64,000 nt of DNA, from the NCBI RefSeq assembly GCF_006345805.1, contig NC_043008.1:76384001-76448000 (forward strand), in the 5' to 3' direction. The first letter of the stretch is position 1; each line of letters opens with the position of its first letter. The position numbers and the translations under genes were made by a program. This DNA is from Octopus sinensis (lineage: Eukaryota). This document shows, in pieces, positions 55,400-64,000 of this stretch. The notes below the pieces were generated by a model, which had not been told where the DNA came from, did no database searches, and saw nothing but the letters and a program-made list of their open reading frames with translations.

Positions 55400-56280
55400 A
55401 CATTTTTGTCTCCACATGTAATACCAAGAGAAGCTAGAATTGATAACATTTGCAGCTGACATGGGAATGGAATTTGCTCCCCAAAAATGTGTTTGTAATT
55501 GATTTTTGAATGGGGAAAATTAATTCTCCAAACCCTGAAATTGTGAATCAACGGCCTCTTTCCGCACAAAGTATGCCTAGTTATTGATGAAAATATATCA
55601 AGTTAATGAGTTATGAATAATGAGAGAGTGACCCGAGAACATTACAGAAGACCTGGAAAAATATAGCAGTTAGAACTTACATTTTGTAACAAGAAAATAT
55701 CCAACAACGCACATGCAGTGCCAGTGCTGATACAAAAATTTGGGATATTTGACAGTCCTCTAAAGGAAATCCACTCCATATATATTGAAACACGCGATAT
55801 CTTGACATGAGTTAGAAACTATTACTACAAAAACAGTGCTAATGATAGAGTCTAGGCTGAGGCTGAAGGTTAATGTAGACAGCCTCCAAATGTCATATAA
55901 TCCATTTTCTCTGACAGACCTTGCTAAACAACAACAGTAAAAATAAACTTATAAAAGCTAGTGCTGAAAAGCAAAGAGGATAACACCCTGTGTGTCTACA
56001 GTGAGCTCTTTGAAGAGTATTCTCTTTCTGACGAACTACTCAAAAACAGTTCGTGCAGCATACTTCAAAGACGGGCTGGATGTTTAATGTTCAGTTTCAC
56101 AAACAATATTATGCATGGTATTTTCCCAAAGACTTGCAGTTGACGCAATACCGGCATAATATTTCGATCATATCCTATTTCTATGGAAGACATTTCACAT
56201 TTGTTCAGTAGCTGCTCATACATCAACGTACTACCTTTTAATGCGAAAGACGCAAGCGCTAAAACAATATACAATGCCAT
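55400..56280 (+). mobile_element. R4/Dong-like relic (RT C-terminal half through zinc finger)
   Basis: FAADMGMEFAPQKC, REHYRR, NAHAVPVL…FGI, IMHGIF and MEDISHLFSSCS remnants. Confidence 0.6.
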
Positions 56281-59200
56281 CTGAAAGAAAAGGACTGTCC
56301 TTGATAAATAAATCCTATTAAAAAACAAATCCTAAACTTCACCGAAACCTTCACCTTCTAAATACCGATTAAAAATTTACATTTATAATGATGATAATTG
56401 ATGCATTAGGTTTTGTTTGTAAATGTCTAGATGATAACATTGAAAAGTTATGATTTTCGGAAAACGATATCTGCCAGCTGAAACACATTACAAATACAAT
56501 CTGTAAGTGGAACTGTTAAAATATACAAGACTTTTCTCAAGATGAAATAATAACATTGTTCTTATTTATCTTTCAACGACAGGGATTTCTATTTTTGTTA
56601 CTTACAAAGCAGCTCTTTCCTTACAGAAAGACTTCACATAGTTAAAAATAAAAGAGAACATGCGTAATATAATACAATAAAACAGCAAGCTGGCAGCATC
56701 ATTAGCACGCTGGGGAAAATGCTTAAGGTCTTCAAATTCCGCCGAAGCCGATTTTGCATTTTATCCTTTCGGGATCGATGAAATCGACGTTGCTGTAAAT
56801 AAGCTAAAATATGAAACAAACATAATATAATATAAGCATTAAAATTTCAACTTTACAACTTCTCCAGAAATTATACCAAAGTGTTATTCCAAAACTATTC
56901 TCTAGGTCAGCATTAGTCGAGCAAACCTATTTCGTATAATAGTAAATCTACATTCATTTGAAACAATTGCGCATCCAGCATGCATCTATTTTTATCATAA
57001 TGTCTGCATTTATTTGGATGCACATCTAAGTGAATCATTAATGAGAATTTATCAGTGCTACCGCAATAGAAAATATATTACAGAGATCATTTCTGCTCTT
57101 GTTCGAGGAGTAAGTCGATTTCATCGATCCCGAAAGGATAAAATGCAAAATCGGCTTCGGTGGAATTTGAAGACCATAAGCATTTTCATAGTTTTAGGCC
57201 CAATGTTTTCTCCGTCGATATCAATTTTATTAAATACTTATTCAAAGCTGTGATCTAACTATAGACTTGAAATTAACCTTTTTTTATAATTATTGATAAG
57301 GTTACGATGAATATTACGTATATAGTCAATGCCAGATACATAGTAAATACTGATTATATAATTAGTTCAAGGGCAACAGTTCCAGAATATGATACATTGT
57401 TTCTTCCGAAATTGTAGCTATTCTGTTTTGATGGGTATCCTCTCCATGAGATAAACACACTCAAAATAGCAACATGCAATATCAAATAATGTCATCGACT
57501 CAGTTAATAATACTGATGTACTTCTGTAGCATTGGGTAATAATACTCTGAAAACCTGCAATATGGGCTAGGTACTGGCGTGAATGTGTGATAAGAAGTTT
57601 GCTTCCCAACCATATTGTTAAGGGGTCATTCTCACTGGGCAAGTATCTTCTACAAGAACTCAGATCGACCAAGGTCTTGTGAATGGATTTGGTAGACAGA
57701 AACTGAAAGAACTGTACCATATATATGTATAATGCGCTTAGCGGCTCGGCAAAAGAAGCCAATAGGATATATAGCTGTCTTTAAAAAGTAAGTACTGGGG
57801 TCAATTCATTTGACTAAAATTTCTTCAGTGTATTTCCATACCATAATCGCTCTCTAATCACTGAAACAATAAAAGCTAAAGAAGCAACCTGGGCCGTGCA
57901 ATACACTATAGGAAAATATGCTGACGTGGTGTCAAAAACCAGAGCAAATATTTTTTTACCATAATAAAATATATTTCATGTAAATGATGACTTTTGTTTA
58001 TTTCTTCCGCTCTTAATACTTTTACTGTTTTAAAATTTAAACCTTATTGATATAAATATTGTTTTCTATATGGACAGAACAGCTTTAGAGGTTGTATTAC
58101 TTACTTGGCAGACTGTAAGAATGTATTTTCTATAGTCAGTATTCATGTCTGCCTTATGTCAAAATATATTACATCAATAACTGACTAGTTTGAAAACTTC
58201 ATAAATATTTGATACTAAAATTAAACTTGAATAAGTTGTGGAAAAGTGATTCCATATATACTGAAAAGCAAAACATAAACACTATTGATAAATTGGATAG
58301 CATATTGATTTCAGAAAGCAATAAACATTAGTTTTAAGACAGCATTTACATGTTGATAACAGTTTAAAAGTAAAAGTGTTCTGATGAGTTTGTTAATGAG
58401 ACAGTTTCGTAAAGAAAATTATATGGACTTTTACAAACAACAAGATAAATCAAATAGCATCCTTGATTGTATCCAAACATGCGTTTCAGAAACTAAAATA
58501 AGCTTATTTTAGCAATCACTCAAAGACAGCTGACAGAGGTTTAATATTTTTGCTATATGTAATATAAACATATAAAAATTTCTCTATATTTAACATAGAA
58601 GAATCTAGCATTAAACATTTGTGAAATAGCTTTAATTGCGATGAGAGGAAGTCTGAAATAAGTATTAAATGACAAAGTTAATTATGAATATATGGTTGCA
58701 AGAGTTTAACTTGAAACACAGGGTAAAACTTTTTTGATGAGTTTGTGTGGAACAGTCAATGATGTTTGAAAATATTTTACGGCGAACGCAAAGTACAGCT
58801 ATATGTTGAAATAATGGAAGACTTTCCACAAAAGAGTTAATGAAGAAATCTAAAGAAAGCAGAATAATATGGAAAAAATATTTTCTGTACGAACTATAAA
58901 TAGCTAACGAAATGCAAGAAAGCGAAAGGTAAAAATATACTAATGAATGTAAGATTTCTTTGGGAAATGTGATGAACAATATTAAGAACATAAAATGGAA
59001 GCATAGCTTGGTGCTTACCAGTAACATTAGAACGCTGAACAAAGTTTTATGTAGCATTTAGTGACGTTCCGAGTTCAAATCCCAGCGGCTGAACTTTCTG
59101 TTTTTTTTTTATTATTAGTCGATTTTTTCTGCTGATATTAAAAATCAATAAAATACAACTTCAATATTGAAATTCATTCTAAATGTAAAATTCGTATATA

Positions 59201-60058
59201 AAAAAACTGTTCTTTAAATTGAATTGGCATTTTTTTAATATGTATAAAATATGTTGTTTTATTCTACTTGGGAATTTCTAACAACGATATCTCTTCTTTT
59301 ATAGTTTCACAAAGACTCCATTTATTGATAACTGAATGGAATATTAAAAATACAATTTATTTTCTATAACCTGCGACTGACAGAACATTGTGACTCTATT
59401 AAGCAATCAACAATTATCCGGTTCTTTGAACAATTTTTTAATTAGTCATAAGACGCGATAAGACAGGAGCTTCTTAAGGCATCATACCTAGATTACATTT
59501 TATCTAAACTAAGTTTATAAAGTAATTTTCACTTCTCAGTTCAAATCTTGAGAAGATATAGTTTGTATTTCATCCTTTAACGTCGACAAAATAAAGTACT
59601 AGTCAACAGCTCTTTTGGTAATCTTAGAAATCAAGATATATTTTTTTTTCAAAACTATTCCAATCATAATATATTTACCACTGTAATATGAGTTCACTTC
59701 CCCTTTTCATTGCCAATATTTCTGAGAACCGTTTATGGCCAAGAGTACAGCGCCGGACTAAAACACACATCAGTTACTTTAATTTCTCTGAGATTCAGTA
59801 TCAGTTTCAAGTGGGTAATACGTTTCGTTTTCTACTCTGAGCTGAAGAATTATTTGCAAGTAATATGATACACTAAAATTCCATGTAATAGTGTTTAAGA
59901 TTTAAAGCCAGAGCGATAATCTCACTAAAATTAATTTATCAAAATGTCCCGAAAAGACTGGATCCCTTCTTTAAATCACCTAAGGAAAGCAGCTTTTATC
60001 TATAATGCATTCTACTCTGATGGCAGAAGTAAGTTTGGTTCTCATATATACACATGTA

Positions 60059-61327
60059 CGAGGGGCGTTCAATAAGTAATGCCCCTGACCCACTTGCAGT
60101 TGTTTGATCTAGCTGAAAGTTTGCATGTGCACTTATTTATACCTCTATAGATTAAGTGGCGAATTACAGCTCAGAACTAATTGTGGTTTCTGATTTACAG
60201 GTGTTTGAACTGAGTCAAGTGTGAAATGGAGCCTGTTGAGTGTCGAGCAGTGATCTGAATTTTGTATTTGAAAGGACGCACACCACGGGTGACTTTTGAT
60301 GAAATGAAAGTAACTTATGGTGATGATGCCCCATCATATGACCTTGTAAAATGCTGGCATTGTGAATTCAAACATAGTCGGAACTCTGTGGAAACAGCTC
60401 CCAGATCTGGTCGCCCCCTTCTGCCGTTGATGAGACGTCTGTCCGTCAAGTTGAGGCTGCCATTTTGGAAGGTCAACGCATAACTATTCGCCAAATAGCC
60501 CATAAGGTCAAGATTAGTACCGGGTCTGTGGAAACTATCATTCATGACCATTTGCATATGCAAAAGGTGTCTGCCAGATGGATTTCCGGGTTGCTCACAC
60601 CTTTCCAGAAGCAAGAATGCGTTGAGTGCTCAAGGATGAATTTGGAGATGTGCCAAGAAGATGAGTCAAAATTTTTCAAAAGACTGATCACACAGGATAA
60701 AACCTGGTTCCATCACTATGATCCATAGACCAAAGCCCAGTCAATGCAGTGAAAGCACCGTGACTCACCTCCTCCAAAGAAGGCAAGGGTGCATCCCTCC
60801 GCTGACAAGGTTATACTCACAATCTTCTGGGACCAGGACGGAGTAGTGATGACAGATTTCCTGGCAAAGGGTACCACAATTACAGGAGCCTATTATGCTT
60901 CACTTTTGAGGAAATTAAGAGAAGCTATCAAAATCAAGAGGCGGGGCAAGATCAGCAAAGGCATCCTCCTCCTGAAGGACAACGCTCCGGTCCACAACTC
61001 GCGCGTCGCCAGATCAGAAGCACAGGCGTGCAGCTATGAACTCCTCCCCTTGCACCCTCTGATTTTCACCTCTTCCCAGCCATGAAGTTGATTTTGAAAG
61101 GAAAGCGTTTCCCAGATGATGCAGCCTTGATTTCTGAAGTCACGTCGTGGTTGGAGGACCAAGCTGGGGTCTTCTACAAAAACGGTCTCCAGAGATGTAT
61201 CAAACGATGGGAGAAATGCATAACTCTGAGTAGTTCCTATGTAGGAAAAGACTAATAACTGTGCCAAGTGTCGTTGCTCTACTGCTATGGGAAGTGGGTC
61301 AGGGGCATTACTTATTGAACGCCCCTG
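60059..61327 (+). mobile_element. Full-length non-functional mariner (Tc1/mariner) transposon
   Basis: 37-bp TIR cgaggggcgttcaataagtaatgcccctgacccactt, with a matching right TIR at 61292-61327 (1-nt deletion) and TA target duplication at 60057-58 / 61328-29. Confidence 0.93.
60226..61255 (+). pseudogene. Mariner transposase pseudogene
   Basis: Starts MEPVECRAVI* and contains SARWISGLLT, ITQDKTWFHHYDP, LLLKDNAPVH and SDFHLF. In-frame stops, frameshifts and loss of most of the YSPDLAP motif. Confidence 0.88.
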
Positions 61328-62102
61328 TATATATGTGTATGAGTATGTGTGTTTGTATCTGTGTGTGCGAGAGTGAGTGCGTGTGCATGTGTGCGCACAG
61401 AAACATAAGTAGATAGATAGATAGACATATAATCAATATTCAGTTGAATAATGTATTTAACTTGATGCACCAAGCCAGTCCGGTATCATCTGCAAGGCTC
61501 AAAGTAAGGTGAATAAAAAGCAAGGTACTACTGCAACACGGCCGATTCATGCGGCTTCATTTAATCGAACAATGCACGCATTACATCAATTTGAAATACA
61601 GCGACATCTTCAGTTGCAAAATACAAATTTTCAACCGTCAGGATATTCAATTATAATTTTTAGCTAATATTTCATTAGAGCTAGAGAAGGAAAGAATTCC
61701 ATGCTGCTACTGATGTTGCAGAACAAGCTTAAGGAGAAACAACAACAAAGAACAATAACGATTACATTAGGATACGTTTGGAATGTTCAGAATACGTAAG
61801 TCTATGTATTCTCAGTATACTAAACGTATCCTAATGTAATCCTTATAATCCTTTGTACACCCTGATGATATTCCATACAAGGTATTTTAAATGCAATACA
61901 GCCCATAGTGTACACTTAGATGAGTAAATACATCATAACTAAAACGGAAATTAATTTGAACTTATTTTAATTAGATGATGACAGTTTTGTTTTCGCACAA
62001 ATACTGGATGCGGGCTACTTCAAACTATCAAACTGTTCAAGCAGAGAAGATAGATTATTTTGGTAATTTTTAGTCAAATTATTGAGCAGTGATAGCAAAA
62101 AT

Positions 62103-62340
62103 GCGGCGAGCTGGCAGAAACGTTAGCACGCCGGGCAAAATGCGTAGCCGTATTTCGTCTGCCGTTACGTTCTGAGTTCAAATTCCGCCGAGGTCGACTT
62201 TGCCTTTCATCCTTTCGGGGTCGATAAATTAAGTACCAGTTATGCACTGGGGTCGATGTAATTGACTTAATACCTATGTCTGTCCTTGTTTGTCCCCTCT
62301 ATGTTTAGCCCCTTGTGGGTAATAAAGAAATAGGTATTTT
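62103..62340 (+). mobile_element. Near-full-length tRNA-derived SINE (family A)
   Basis: A-box-like tggcagaaacgttag, B-box gttcaaattcc, then gtcgactttgcctttcatcctttcggggtcgataaattaagtacc (resembles the Meta-SINE central domain, from memory). Repeated several times in the window. Confidence 0.88.
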
Positions 62341-62513
62341 AAATGCAAAATTATATATTTATATGTTTTGTAATTTTAATTTCGTTTGTGAAATGAAGCA
62401 ATTGTAGGTGAATAAGGCAAATAATTAATAAATTAATTTGTATCCATTAAATATATCTGTTTTCTAACTCGATAATATTTGATATTTTACAATGTTTTAT
62501 ATAATATATTCAT

Positions 62514-62581
<68 letters not shown>

Positions 62582-63149
62582 TGAGGTCTATATGCGATCA
62601 CCGTATAATGACTAAAGGAAATATAGGGGCATAAATGCCATCGACGAAAAGAAGTAGGATTTCTGCACGCAAGGGTCACGAACCCACAGTTCTTTGTTTG
62701 AAATACGTACGAAAACCTTACTTTTTTCCGTTGAGGGCTTATATACCCCAGTATTAGATTATCTTCTTAGTCATTACACGGTTATTGCTTATAAGCTTTA
62801 AACTTATTAAATATTGTTATCATCATTTACAGAATCGTAAAAAAATAGACAATTTTAGAATATATATATGTGAAATCGTTTTTGCTAAGCGGTGTCGATT
62901 TTTACAACTCTGTAACTGATACAAATATCGTATCTTTCTACCGGCCATTTCATCATCATGAACCTCTAATTCCTACACATTTTTTCGCTCTCCGTTATTT
63001 TCCCTCTCAAGCCTTCCTGTCGAAACGTCAAAGACTTTTTCTAGTCTTCTGAGAAATGATTATGCAAAAGAATCAAGAATTTCTTACCTACGTTAGTTGT
63101 AATTTTTACATTTTACGAAACATAATTTACCTAGGTCTATTTTTATGAT

Positions 63150-63530
63150 TTATATTTTCACTTGAACGGTTGAATCAATTTCTTATCTTTGAAGCCGTTG
63201 TTTACTTGGGCATTGTTATGGTAGGTGGTTCCCTTATCAAATACTTCTTTAGCAGATGGGAGATTACTGATGTTAGCTTTCAAGTTTTTAAACACTATAG
63301 GGATAAACAGATGTTTTTCTATATAGGAGGATTTCTCATTTTGTTTATGGCACGGTATGTAAGAGTGGGAGTTTAGATCCAGGGAAACATCTAAAAAGTC
63401 GACTTTTGACAGATTAATGATAACAGCTATTTTGAAGCCTAAATGACAAAAGGTATCAATGAAATTTTTTCTAAATTTATCAAAATATAAGGTATTCCCA
63501 ACCCATCATACCGGTATAGGTCAATATCAT
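63150..63530 (-). mobile_element. Penelope-like RT/thumb relic
   Basis: Minus strand YR.DGLG, KVDFLDVSLDLNSHSYIPCHKQN…VFKNL.ANIS.L.S…YHNNA, the same domain type as the 33277-36235 element. Confidence 0.65.
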
Positions 63531-64000
63531 GGGATGGGACAGACGCTCGATTAAGTTATCATAATCATCAACGAGAGCTCACTCACTGTTGTATCTCTCG
63601 AGACCCTGACGCTGCGCACTTCATCAGGCGTCTATGATAAACTCTGTCGTCTATGATGTAGAAGTCATAGTAACTCTTCAAGGTACCATAAATGAAAAGG
63701 AAAATCACAACGGTTTTCCGAAGGCGATTTCAAAAGACTTTATGGAAACCACTTAATTTTTTCCAGCATATCGATAAATGTAAAACATGTGACTTAGCTA
63801 ACTATGCATGACTTTTGAAGACTAGCTGACATCACAAGTGGAGAATCGTAGAGAAACCCATGCCATATGTAAATTGATCTAAGAAATCAACTTATGCGCA
63901 GCTGAAAATTCGCACGTTCTTTTTAGGTCTTAAAATTCCACCAGATACGATACTTTCAGCAAATGCAAGCATATAAACAAATTTCTTTCGGTGAACTGGA

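Noticed and set aside
56065-56328. Minus-strand ORF with a signal-peptide-like start (MALYIVLALASFALKG) after a good acceptor
   Set aside because: The opposite strand carries R4/Dong remnants (IMHGIF, MEDISHLFSSCS), so this is most likely an antisense shadow.
62103-62190. tRNA gene
   Set aside because: It has A/B-box-like motifs but no complete cloverleaf, and it is the head of a multi-copy SINE.
62638-62712. TCGACGA-aaagaa…ttcttt…GAAA-TACGTA possible decayed hammerhead
   Set aside because: The core, U16.1 and stem I are all defective; too many exceptions.
63545-63640. Minus-strand AGACGC-CTGATGA…GCGTCT (core plus apparent stem I)
   Set aside because: No correctly placed GAAA/NUH half, so it cannot be supported.

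Overview
AT-rich animal genomic DNA, most likely intronic or intergenic. It is probably Octopus or a related cephalopod; this is inferred from recognising the tRNA-derived SINE families and the dense (TA)n/(CATA)n/(GATA)n microsatellites, not from a search. I found no host protein-coding gene that I can support, and almost all ORF-track hits are microsatellite or transposon shadows. The window is mostly retroelements and their relics: one 5'-truncated but uninterrupted CR1/L2-type LINE ORF2 (895 aa from the first Met), degraded R4/Dong, Tx1/L1, RTE, Ty3/gypsy and Penelope-like (PLE) elements, a full-length dead mariner with TIRs, many SINEs, and a U6 snRNA retrocopy fused to a SINE 3' tail. 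The most notable unexplained structure is a set of at least four sequence-unrelated foldback (inverted-repeat) elements sitting at (TA)n tracts. Each carries a type I hammerhead-ribozyme motif in its arms, reading outward, with a palindromic or near-palindromic stem III. One family has a naturally compensated U3-A8 core (UUGAAAA) and carries a PLE GIY-YIG domain split between its two arms. All structures were read by eye and none was computationally folded or searched.
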